In this document: in pieces, positions 10,178 to 19,897 of the stretch
Numbering within the stretch: the first letter of the stretch is position 1
How the letters are laid out: the number at the start of each line of letters is the position of its first letter
Assembly (NCBI GenBank): GCA_918797485.1
Contig: CAKKNE010000002.1
Span: 5,890,001 to 5,954,000, forward strand
Direction: 5' to 3'
Origin: Pelagomonas calceolata
Taxonomy: Eukaryota
Length of the DNA: 64,000 nt
Notes under the pieces: model-generated
What the model was told of the DNA's origin: nothing
What the model saw: the letters and a program-made list of their open reading frames with translations, nothing else
The model's database searches: none
Position numbers and translations under genes: made by a program

Positions 10178-12226
10178 ATGGCGGCCCAGCTCAGTGCGGC
10201 GGAGGCCGACAAAGAGATCAGGGACTTAATGAGAGCCCTCGAGGACCTGAAGACCCAGCCCCAGCCCTGCCTGCCCTGCTTCGAGCCGCCCGCATTAGAT
10301 CTGAAGGACCTCGAGGACGGCTCGAGCTGCTTCGAACGCGACACATATACTATTCGTCATGCAGTGTTTGATTGGACGGTCGACTTAGAAAAGAGGCGCA
10401 TCGAGGGCACGGTCACCTTGTCGGCGACGCGGTGTCAGACGCGGTCTCACCACGAACCGACGCAGCTGCGGCTCGACGCGCACCGCGCGATGACGGTCGA
10501 GTCGATCCGGTGGCGGCTCATGAGCCTGGACTTCGAGAAGACGCGGTGGGGCGACGTCGGCGACGAGATTGTCGTAGAGATGCCCGACGACTTCCGGGAA
10601 GGCGACGTCACCATCACCTACGGCACGACGGGCGGGCCCGCGTCGACGTGGCTCCGGCCGAAGCAGGGCGGCCCGGCCCTCTACGCGACGGGCCAGTGCT
10701 GCGCGAACCGGGCGCTCTTCCCCTGCTTCGACATTCCCTCGCAGCGATTCACCTGGGCCGCGTCCATCCGAGTCAAGGACGAGTACAACGTAGTCGCCGC
10801 GGCCGAGAAGAAGGGCGAACGCGTCGAGGGCGGCTGGCGCGTCTGCAGGTTCGAGATGGCCACGCCCGTGCCCTCGTACTTAGTCGCCGTGGCCATTGGC
10901 GTTCTGGAGAAGAGGGACGTCGGGCCGCGGTCGACGCTCTACGCGCATCCCTCGACGATGGAAGCCGCGGAAGAGGAGCTCCGGGGCGTACCCGAAAAGT
11001 ACCTCACGGCCGCCGAGACCATGTTCGGGCCCTACGCCTGGGGCCGCTTCGACGTGGTCGTCATGCCCCGGGCCTTCGCTCGCAGCAGCGTGGCGCACCC
11101 GAACCTCACGTTCCTGGCGCCCTCGGTGATCGTCGGGGACGGCTCGCTCGCCTACACCGTGGCCCACGAGGTCGCCGCCACCTATTTCGGGGCGCTGGTG
11201 ACGAACGCGTCCTGGGCCGAGTGCTTCCTGAACGAAGGGCTCGCGACGTACGCCTCCCGGCGGCTGACGTACGAGGTCGACGGCGCCGCGCTCGCGGACC
11301 TCGAGGCGCGGGTCGGGAGGCGATTGCTCGAGCACGAGATCAACCTGGTGCAGTCCGAGGAGAGCGGCGGGCTGTTCTCGCGGCTCCGCGTGCCCATCAA
11401 CTACGGCGTCGACCCCGACGACACGAACACCGACGTGCCGTACGAGAAGGGCTTCGCCTTTTTGTGCGCCATGCGCGACGCCGTCGTCGACTCCTTCCAC
11501 CCCGTCCGGTACAGCGAGGACCAGAAGCGGGCGGCTTTGGATCCGTTCCTCGAGTCCTACGTCCGGGCGTTCGCGAAGAAATCCATCTATGCGGAGGACT
11601 TCGTCGGGCACTTCGTCAAGGTGCACAAACGGGCCGCGCTCCAGGTCGACTTCCCGCGGTGGCTCGACGGCGCGGGCGTGCCCCCGTACGAACCCGAGAC
11701 GCCCGCCTGCGACGCGTCGATCGCCGCCTGCGAGGCCGCGGTCGACCGCATCCAGACCGACGGGATGCGGGTCGGCCAGCTGTGGCGGACGTGGCCGACG
11801 CCGCAACGGGCCTACTTGCTGGATCTGCTGTGCGGCACGCCGCCGGAGGACGACGCCGCGCCGCCCGCGCAGTTGTACGCGTTCTGCCGGGCGGCGGGCC
11901 TCTCCGATTCGAGGAACGGCGAGCTCACGATGCGCTGGGCGCTCTTGGTGTTGCGGGACCGCCTCGAACTGAAGGACGAGGACGTCGAGCGCCACTTGCA
12001 GCTGACCGCGAGGCAAAAATTCGTGCTGCCGGTCTTCCGCGCCCTGGCGGCGCTCGAGCCGGAGCGCGCGGTGAACTGCCTGTTCAAGATCGGGTTGGGG
12101 CTGGAGGACCGGCTCCGGCGGAAGCTCGACCGCGTCGTCGAGGCGGACCCCGACACGCTCGCGGACGCGAAGAAGAAGGGGGTCTTCGCGAAGCTCTGCG
12201 AGATGCACGACAAGGGGTTGTTGTGA
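10178..12226 (+). CDS. M1 aminopeptidase / leukotriene A4 hydrolase-like, degenerate active site
   Basis: PVPSYLVAVAIG, YAWGRFD, LNEG, VPYEKGF and RQKFVLPVF; HExxH reads HEVAA. Confidence 0.9.
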   Translation: MAAQLSAAEADKEIRDLMRALEDLKTQPQPCLPCFEPPALDLKDLEDGSSCFERDTYTIRHAVFDWTVDLEKRRIEGTVTLSATRCQTRSHHEPTQLRLDAHRAMTVESIRWRLMSLDFEKTRWGDVGDEIVVEMPDDFREGDVTITYGTTGGPASTWLRPKQGGPALYATGQCCANRALFPCFDIPSQRFTWAASIRVKDEYNVVAAAEKKGERVEGGWRVCRFEMATPVPSYLVAVAIGVLEKRDVGPRSTLYAHPSTMEAAEEELRGVPEKYLTAAETMFGPYAWGRFDVVVMPRAFARSSVAHPNLTFLAPSVIVGDGSLAYTVAHEVAATYFGALVTNASWAECFLNEGLATYASRRLTYEVDGAALADLEARVGRRLLEHEINLVQSEESGGLFSRLRVPINYGVDPDDTNTDVPYEKGFAFLCAMRDAVVDSFHPVRYSEDQKRAALDPFLESYVRAFAKKSIYAEDFVGHFVKVHKRAALQVDFPRWLDGAGVPPYEPETPACDASIAACEAAVDRIQTDGMRVGQLWRTWPTPQRAYLLDLLCGTPPEDDAAPPAQLYAFCRAAGLSDSRNGELTMRWALLVLRDRLELKDEDVERHLQLTARQKFVLPVFRALAALEPERAVNCLFKIGLGLEDRLRRKLDRVVEADPDTLADAKKKGVFAKLCEMHDKGLL

Positions 12227-12402
12227 GTACTAGTAACTGTGTTTGGTCTTATCGACGCGCGCCTCCGCGTTTAGGAAATCCAGATTGGTACGGTGTGCTA
12301 GGACTAGTGGGCGGAGCCCCTGCGTTTGGAGTATTGTTACGGTGCTAGCACTAGCGGGCGGAGCCCCTGGGGGGGAGACACCCCTGCGTTAGGAAATCCG
12401 CG

Positions 12403-12424
12403 CTAGCGGCCTGTAAGACACTAG
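12403..12424 (-). promoter_or_regulatory. CTAG-bounded 22-bp motif, perfect
   Basis: ctagcggcctgtaagacactag, about 67 bp upstream of ATG 12492. Confidence 0.65.
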
Positions 12425-12491
12425 GGATCTAGCAGAGCTGCCACAGCTCGCGTGGGGCAGCCCCGCGGTCGCGCGCGGCCTTTTCGAAGCG

Positions 12492-14624
12492 ATGCGCCGC
12501 GGCCGGCAGCCCCTGGTGGCCGCCGTGCTCGCGCTCACCCGGGCGGCCCGCTGCCCCGACGAGCCCTGGCTGGACTGCGGCGCCGCGCCGCCGCCGCCGC
12601 CGCCGCCCGTGGCGCCGTCCGGCGGCGACCTGTTGCCCGCGGCGGCGGACCCGCTCCTGCTGCCGCGCACGGCCGCGACGCTCGACGGCCACTCGGCGAC
12701 GACCGACGAGGCGCTGAACGCGGCGGGCGCGGCCGGCAACCACACGTCGCACTTCGTCGCGTTCCGCTGCAAGCACTCCATGGGCTACCTCCAGCGGAGC
12801 GCCCACCCCGTGCTGGGGACCAAGGTCGACGTGACGCCCTACTCGGACAAGGAGCTCTTGCCGCCCCGGGAGGCGATCTGGCGGCTGGCCCAGGCGCCGG
12901 GGGGCCTCAGCGTCCTGGAAGCGCTGGACGGCCACCACCTCCTGACGATGCACGGCCGCCTGCGGACGCCGCCCTGGATGCTCTTCGTCGTGCCGCCGGC
13001 GGCGGGCATGGACGCGACGTCCACGCCCGACGACCTGACGTTCCGCGTGGAGCTGGACGAGCGCACGCTGAAGGACGACCGGGAGCGCCGGGCCGACGGG
13101 CGGCTCTACGCCGTCGGCGCCGGGGCCTACGTGAACTGCGTCGACGGGAAGCACCTGCGGGGCCACTCGGGCGGCGCGAACCGGCGCAAGGCGGCGACGC
13201 GCGAACCGTCCACGCTACTCGAGATCTGGACGCTGTCGGCGGCGCAGGCGCGCCGCGCCGAGGCCTTCCGGGAGGCCTACGCGCCCCCTCCCAAAAAAAT
13301 CCTGCAAAAGCCGAAGAGCCCCTTCGGGCTGTTTTCCAAGCCGCTCGCCCCCCGTCCTGCAAAGAAGAAGGGCGCGGGCAGCCCGACGGAGGAGGCGCCC
13401 GTCGGCGGCCACCAGGGGCGCTGCGACGGCGCGTGCGCCGGCGAGCCGCGATCGACCGAGGGCTACTACCCGGCGGCCGTCGAGGCCTTCGCGGGCTTCG
13501 TCTGCCCGTCGGCCTTCCGCGACGCGAGCGACTGGGTCTTCGCCTGGCCCTGGCAGCACTTCTCCGAGAAGGCCTGGGTCGCGCCGACGAAGACGGCCGC
13601 CTCCTGTTTACCCCAAATTCCCGTCGTGTACGCCCACGCCAACCGGGTCCCGAAGACCGTGGACTGGGCCGTCCGGGAGCTGAAGCGGCCCTTCGTGCTG
13701 ATCAGCGGGCAGTCGGACTTTGCGGCCTCGAGGTACAAGCAGGTCCTGGGCCAGAAGCTGCTGCATCGGTGGTACGCGCAGAATGCGGACATGCAACATC
13801 GGAAGCTGCGGCCCATTCCCATCGGCCTGAACTGCTTCGAGCAGGCGCCCGAGATGAAACGCGCCCTGAAAAATATACCGGCCAAGCAGAAGAAGGTCTG
13901 GGTCAACTTCGGCAACACGCACGCGAAGCGCCGGGACGCCTGGCGCTGGTTCTGCGGGGACTTGCCCAAGACGAGCGTCGCCCCGAAGCCCTGGGCGACG
14001 TGCGAAATCAAGAAGACGAAGAACAACGTGCGGAACAACCCCCACCTCGTCGCGTACTACGGGCGCGTCGCGGCGCACCGCTACGTGGCGGCCTGTGTGG
14101 AAATCAACCAGTGCGTCGGGTGCACCCGACAATTCTTCACTAAGTCATTTCTCAGCGATGGCGCGGCCGACCTGGCTCGGACGAGCGGCGAGGAACCGGC
14201 ATCGCCACGCCATCGAGCAGGCGTCGCGTTGATGGCGTAGAGGACGAAACGACGATTCAGCACGAACGCATCGTAAAATTTGATTTCCACACAGGTGGCG
14301 GCGCCCCGCGGGAACGGCCTGGACACGCATCGGCTGTGGGAGGCCCTGTACCTGGGCTGCGTGCCCATCGTCCAGTCCGGGCCGCTCGACGCCCTGTACA
14401 AGCGCGTCGGCGCGCTGGTCGTGCGGTCCTGGACGCAGGTCACGTCCCACTTGTTGGATTCCGAGTACGATCGCCTGGTGGCGATTCAGCGGAACGCCTC
14501 GGATCTCCTCACGCCGGGCCACTGGAAGCGTTTGATCGAGAGCGACCGGCGCGCGGCGATGGACAAGTCGGCGAAGAGCAGTGACCGGGGGCGGTGCTGG
14601 GGGCTCGGGGCCGCGCCGGCGTAA
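12492..14624 (+). CDS. Secreted exostosin/GT47-like glycosyltransferase; exons 12492-14084, 14295-14624
   Basis: Splicing restores RYVAAPRGNGLDTHRLWEALYLGCVPIV; WYAQN and PIPIGL motifs. Confidence 0.85.
14093..14294 (+). mobile_element. Full-length introner (202 bp), intron 14085-14294
   Basis: 15-bp TIRs; TSD gtggcggc at 14085-14092 and 14295-14302. Confidence 0.95.
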
Positions 14625-14705
14625 AAGTAGTACTTGTGTGACGCGGCGACGCCATCGACGCGCCACTCCCATTCCTCGCGTTCGCGTCTGCTCCCGGCGA
14701 CGCAG

Positions 14706-15034
14706 AGCGCGGGACTTCTACGAAGTCCGGCGCGCCGAGCCCGTGCCGCGTCACCAAGGTGAACACGCCCCGCCAGCCGAGCTACCCGCGGCTGCTCGCG
14801 CGCTGCGGCGCCTTCGACTACCGGAAGCTCACCAAGGCGTACTGGTTCTGGGAGATGCGCCGCGACGACCGCGCTCGAGCGGGACCGCCGCCCGACGGCG
14901 AGGACCTGCCGCCGGCGGTGCGGGTGGCGTTCGGGCGGGGACCGGGGCGGCGGCGGCGCTTCTCCGGAAGGGGCGCCGAGGCCGGCCTCGCGAAGCTCCC
15001 GCCGTTCCTCGCGAGACACGTCGCGACAATTTGA
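14706..15034 (+). pseudogene. Relic or alternative 3' end of a GT47-like gene
   Basis: ARDFYEV.. then frameshift to ..FDYRKLTKAYW; preceded by introner-like acgccatcgacgcg...cgcag. Confidence 0.35.
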
Positions 15035-15114
15035 GTTGTGCCCTCGACGAAGCCAGAGGAGAAAACCAGCTATACGAACGCGCCCGTCGACGAGGGGCTA
15101 AAATCACAAACTAC

Positions 15115-15723
15115 TTACCCGGGGTTCGCGCCCCACTCGACCGGGTCCGCGGCGCCCGACGAGAGCTTCTGCCACGCGCTGAAGGGCACGACGGGCGGGC
15201 CCGTCTTCAGCAGCAAGACGACCTTGTCCTTCTTGACGCGGCAGCGGCACCGCGCCGGCACGATCACGTCGTACAGCTCCGGGACCAGGAGACGCTGGTT
15301 GACGCCGCCGTGCACCCGCAGGTCCAGGGACCGCTCGCCGAAGTCCGCCTGCACGGAGCCCTCGGGCAGCTCGTGGACGCCCGGCAGCGTCAGGTAGACC
15401 GTCACGCGGCCCTTGCGGTCGTCCCAATCAAAAGCGAAGGTCGTGATCGGCTCGTACGCGACCGGCTTCGGGAGCGCGACCTCCTCGGCGGCGGCGGCAT
15501 CCGCCCAGCCGCCCGCGGCGTCCGCGAGCTTCAGGAACGTCTGCGCGTCCTCCAGTGTTCGTCGCTCGGAGACCTCGATCCTTTGGTCGGCCTCGAGGAC
15601 GCGCCCCGTCGGCTCGGCGTCGGGGCCGGGGCCAGTCCGGACGTCCGTCTTTGATCGGACCACGTATGCGTACTTCGCGACGTCCGGACGTCCTTCCGTC
15701 CAGCGGGTGTAGAGGCCTGACAT
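15115..15723 (-). CDS. CS (p23-like) domain protein, CacyBP/SGT1-like
   Basis: ITTFAFDWDD..VTVYLTLPGV..FGERSLDLRV..VKKDKVVLLLK. Confidence 0.75.
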   Translation of the reverse strand: MSGLYTRWTEGRPDVAKYAYVVRSKTDVRTGPGPDAEPTGRVLEADQRIEVSERRTLEDAQTFLKLADAAGGWADAAAAEEVALPKPVAYEPITTFAFDWDDRKGRVTVYLTLPGVHELPEGSVQADFGERSLDLRVHGGVNQRLLVPELYDVIVPARCRCRVKKDKVVLLLKTGPPVVPFSAWQKLSSGAADPVEWGANPG

Positions 15724-15984
15724 GTCTTTTTTTGACGATGTCGAGCAAGAGTATCCCCGCCTACACGGACGTGGGCCTAGATTCGCAAGACTAGGTACTT
15801 TTTTTTGTGTGCTGCTGTGCGGTGCTTAGAAGTCTGTGTGCGTGCCACACACGTGGGTGTGCGGCCTCGTAGTGCCACCAGAGCGACTGTAGTAGACTGA
15901 TCTGTACGACCGCTGCGTGCCACACCAGGCAGCCGCGAGCTGCGCAGGCTTTGGGAGGCCTGGGCTTGCTAATGCTAGGGATGC

Positions 15985-16002
15985 CTAGTGTCTTACCGCT
16001 AG
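15985..16002 (+). promoter_or_regulatory. CTAG-bounded motif, internally deleted
   Basis: ctagtgtcttaccgctag, upstream of the minus-strand gene starting at 15723. Confidence 0.55.
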
Positions 16003-16089
16003 CCCGCCCGGCTCCGCACGGCGCTCGCGTAGTTCTAGCACCGTCACAATAATCCCGCATAGCCGGTGCTGACAGACAAAACCAACGAA

Positions 16090-18153
16090 CTAACACGGGC
16101 TAGGCGCCTCAAACAAATCCCCCTCCGAAATCTCCGCCATGAGCACGCGTGGCGTCGAGTCGATCCCGACGGATGACGAGTCGCGCGCCCGCCGGTGCGC
16201 GTCGAGGGCGCGGACGCGGTCGACGCACGGCGCCAGCGCGCGCTTGTACGCCATCTGGCGGGACGCGTCGACGGCGCCCAGATCCCAGCACGCGGCGCCC
16301 TGCCGCTGGAGCCAGCCGCAGGTGGCGAAGGCGAGGAGAAAGCCCGGGCTCCCGATGTGCGAGCCACGGTCCACGCACCGCGTCGCCACGTAGACGCCCG
16401 CTCCGGCCGCGTGCGCGACGTCCAGTGCGCAACACGACTCGCCCTCCCAGAGCTCGAAGACCAGAAGCTTGCCTTCTTCAAGCAGGGCCTCGTAGAGAGC
16501 GACGGCGCGCTTCGACGACGCCCAGCACCCCAACGCGCCGTCGTGGCGCGCGCCCAGGGCCGCGACGACCTTGTCAATGGGCAGGGTGTTCATCCTTAGC
16601 GAACACGAGACGCCCGCCTTCGTCGCGCGGCGCAGCTGACGCCGCAGGTCGCCTCGACGCTTCTTCAGCGCCCGGCGCAGGTCGGCCGGCACCGGCGGGA
16701 AAAAGGAATCGCTCTGCAGACCGATGGTGGACCGCGTCGAGCCGAGCTGCGCCGCCAGCGCGACCAGACCGTCGCCCTGCTTGTTCCCGCCGCCGTAGGC
16801 GTAGCCGAAACCCGCGGCTAATAAGTTTTGCACGCGCTCAGCATCCTTCGATGAATCGTTCGGCGTGTTGCTGAGCATCGAGCTGTGCGCGCACACGGTC
16901 ACGTCACCGCCCACGAGACTTTCGGCGAGGCACGTCGCCTCAGCGTCCAACGCCGATAGGTCGTCGACGCACGCGGCGCTCAGATCACGCGCCACGACCG
17001 GGCTCGCCGTGGACCCGCCCGCCGCTAAGGCGCCGAGCAGCGCTCCGTGGGGCGGCGGCCGCGGCGCCAGCAGACCGAGACCGAGCATCGGCTCCGGTCG
17101 TATCGCTCGAATCGCTGTAATATCTGCAGGTGCGACGGCCGACGCGTTTCGAAGCGCCGTCGCGACCCTTAGGAGGTGCGGCGCCCAGGCGGCATGCGCG
17201 GTGCCGTCGACGCACGCGGCGAGTTCTTCGCAGGCGCCGGCGAGCGCGGCGCGCCTCTCCGGCGCGGCGGCGGACGCCCGCGCGGCCTCGAACGCCGTGA
17301 GGGTCTCCGTGAGCACGGGGGCGACGGCGGGAGCAATCAGCTGAGCCATGGTCTGCATCTGCGACGCGGCGGCCGTCGCGGTGTCGCCGTTGCCCTCTAC
17401 ACTATCCGTAGGGGCGTCGACCCGCGCCGCGTATAGCGACAGGTCGTCCGTGGCCTGCGACAGCGCCGACTCGAGGTCCGAGAAGCCCGTCGCGCCGCCG
17501 GGGGCCATGGCCAGCAGCGGCTGCAGCGCGGTCATCGTCTCGCGCAGGGGGCCGTCCAGGGCGGCGCGCAGGGCCGCGGCCGTCTGGGCGGCGGCGGCGT
17601 ACCGAGTCTGTACGTCTAGTAAAGCTGCAGCGGCGGCGGCGTTCGGCGCGGCGCCCGCCGCGACGCGTCGCTGGAACGCGTCCTTGACGGCGGCGGGCCG
17701 CGGAGGCGGCGCGCCGACGCGCATGAGCTGGTCCGACGCGGCGTCGAGCGTCCGCGCGAACCGCCGCGTCTCCGACTCGACGCTCAGGATCGCTCGCCCA
17801 CAGCGCACGACGCCGCAGCGGGAGACGAGGACCGCGTGCGCATGTTTTTTTCGCGAGACGCCGTCGTCAAAGCAGGCAGCATGGCCGCCCGCTACGAGGA
17901 GGACGGTTCCCGCCGCGACGCGCTCGTCCCTGGCGGCCGCCGGATCGATGACGGCGCAGGCGCGGCCCGCGACGGCTTCGAGCGACGCGGCGAGCGCATC
18001 GTCGACTGCGCCGCCGACGCTGTCCCGCAGCGCTGCGGCGAGCGGACCGTCGACTGCCGTGGCACTGAAGGCCGTGGCTACGTCTTGGGCCCATTTGTCG
18101 TCTGGAGTGGGCATTCCTGCTGGCACCATGAGTGTTTGGCCATGCAGGACCAT
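16090..18153 (-). CDS. 687-aa protein with C-terminal Leu/Phe-tRNA-protein transferase-like (GNAT-fold) domain
   Basis: Long ORF; VFELWEG...WLQRQGAACWDLG...MAYK near the C-terminus. Confidence 0.55.
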   Translation of the reverse strand: MVLHGQTLMVPAGMPTPDDKWAQDVATAFSATAVDGPLAAALRDSVGGAVDDALAASLEAVAGRACAVIDPAAARDERVAAGTVLLVAGGHAACFDDGVSRKKHAHAVLVSRCGVVRCGRAILSVESETRRFARTLDAASDQLMRVGAPPPRPAAVKDAFQRRVAAGAAPNAAAAAALLDVQTRYAAAAQTAAALRAALDGPLRETMTALQPLLAMAPGGATGFSDLESALSQATDDLSLYAARVDAPTDSVEGNGDTATAAASQMQTMAQLIAPAVAPVLTETLTAFEAARASAAAPERRAALAGACEELAACVDGTAHAAWAPHLLRVATALRNASAVAPADITAIRAIRPEPMLGLGLLAPRPPPHGALLGALAAGGSTASPVVARDLSAACVDDLSALDAEATCLAESLVGGDVTVCAHSSMLSNTPNDSSKDAERVQNLLAAGFGYAYGGGNKQGDGLVALAAQLGSTRSTIGLQSDSFFPPVPADLRRALKKRRGDLRRQLRRATKAGVSCSLRMNTLPIDKVVAALGARHDGALGCWASSKRAVALYEALLEEGKLLVFELWEGESCCALDVAHAAGAGVYVATRCVDRGSHIGSPGFLLAFATCGWLQRQGAACWDLGAVDASRQMAYKRALAPCVDRVRALDAHRRARDSSSVGIDSTPRVLMAEISEGDLFEAPSPC

Positions 18154-18270
18154 TTGTGGTTCTATCGCGTTTCGCGGATATATCGCACAACGGCGTCGCG
18201 ACCGCTAATTCCTTAGCAAGCAAAGGTAAAGCTAAACGCTGTCGACGTAAAGCTCCGTCTTTTTTGGCAC

Positions 18271-18293
18271 CTAGCGGGCTTGTAACACACTAG
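18271..18293 (-). promoter_or_regulatory. CTAG-bounded motif, variant
   Basis: ctagcgggcttgtaacacactag between divergent genes. Confidence 0.55.
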
Positions 18294-18525
18294 CCGCAGG
18301 CGTATTTGGCCGCGGCCGGGTTGACCGGCGTGTGGAGTCTCAAACTCGAAGGAGGCTGTACGGAAGCCTCGTCACGCCGCCGAAGCACCTTGACGGTTCG
18401 GGACGAGCGCGCCCCGGCAGCCGCCAAAGCAAAAAGCGGACGCCCTCGGCGCGCCTGAGCGGCGCCCGAGGCCCGCGCCCGCAACAAACAAAAAAGGTGA
18501 CTCGCGCCGCCCGCCCTAGACTACG

Positions 18526-19556
18526 ATGGCCTGCAACCAGTGCTTCTGCCTCGCCTGCGTCCGCACGAACACGGTGGCCCTCGTCGAAAGGTGCGGCAAA
18601 TTCCAGGCCATCAAAGGCCCGGGCTGCCAGTGTCTGGTGTGGCCCGTCGATTCTATTGTCGGGCGGGTTTCACTGAGAGTGCGGCAGCTCGACGTGAACT
18701 GCGAAACAAAGACCAAGGATAATGTTTTTGTCAACGTCGTTATTAGCGTGCAATATCAAGTGGTACTCGAGAAGGCCTTTGACGCGTTCTACAAGTTGGC
18801 GAACCCCGAGATCCAGATCCAGGCCTATGTCTTCGACGTCGTGCGGTCGGAGCTGCCGAAGATGGAGCTCGACGAATCGTTCTCGAACAAGGAACAGCTG
18901 GCCAACGAGGTGAAGCACCACCTCGACGAGACGATGATGTCCTTCGGCTACTCGATCATCAAGGCGTTAGTTACGGATATAAGCCCGGACGCGCGCGTCA
19001 AGATCTGTGTGGAAATCAAAATTTTACGGCGCGCTCGTGCTGAATCATCGCGTCGTCCTCCACGCCATCGACGCGACGCCTGCTCGATGGCGTGGCGATG
19101 CCGGTTCCTCACCGCTCGACCGAGGACGGCCGCGTAATCGGGTGCAACTGGTTGATTTCCACACAGGTCAAGATGTCCATGAACGAGATCAACGCTTCTC
19201 GCCGATTGAGGGAGGCCGCCAAGGAGAAGGCCGAGGCCGACAAGATCGTCCAAGTGAAGGCGGCCGAGGCGGACGCCGAGTCCAAGTACCTCTCGGGCGT
19301 CGGCGTCGCGCGCCAGCGCCAGGCCATCGTCGGCGGTCTCCAAGACTCGATCATCGAGTTTAGCGGCGAGATCGCGGGCACGACGCCGAAGGACGTCATG
19401 GACCTGTTGTTACTGACGCAGTACTTCGACATGCTCAAGGACGTCGGGTCCTCCGGCAGCGGCGGCAAGACGTTATTTCTGCCGCACGCGCCGTCGGCCG
19501 TCGGCGATCTGCAGGATTCGCTCAAGAACGGGCTCATGGGGTCGCTGAACAAGTAG
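18526..19556 (+). CDS. HIR: Hypersensitive-induced reaction (HIR) SPFH/band-7 protein; exons 18526-18996, 19167-19556 (286 aa)
   Basis: CETKTKDNVFV, AYVFDVVRS, spliced DARVKMSMNEINASRRLREAA, LLTQYFD. Confidence 0.92.
19005..19166 (+). mobile_element. Introner (162 bp, reverse internal orientation), intron 18997-19166
   Basis: Perfect TIRs; TSD gtcaagat on both sides. Confidence 0.95.
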
Positions 19557-19785
19557 TCCCGCGTAGTAGGCGTAATCGTCTTCTTCCTTTCTTCGGTGTC
19601 CTCTTTGGTTAACGGTGCGAGGACTAGTGGGCGGAGCCCCTGCCCAGGGCTGGGGGAGAGACACAGCGCTGAACCGCCCTGGCACTGTCGCGACATCAAG
19701 AAATTAATTTTTTTGGCCCCCAATACGTGTCCCATTGATCTCTTTGGACCATTATCGGACCGAACGATACTTGAACGACTGCTTG

Positions 19786-19806
19786 CTAGTGTCTAACAGG
19801 CGCTAG
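19786..19806 (+). promoter_or_regulatory. CTAG-bounded motif, variant
   Basis: ctagtgtctaacaggcgctag, about 91 bp upstream of ATG 19898. Confidence 0.55.
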
Positions 19807-19897
19807 CTCGACTTCGAGCCACAAGCCTCTGCGGCAGGATCCAAGCAGGCTTCTGGCACTGATCCTCACACGAGGAGATTGCACACAGCGCTCAAAC

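Noticed and set aside
14093..14240. Recurring peptides (CVEINQCVGCTRQFFTKSF, WKSKFYGAFVLNHR, MISTQV, MAWRCRFL) in many ORFs, resembling a shared protein domain
   Set aside because: They are translations of the introner in different frames and vanish on splicing.
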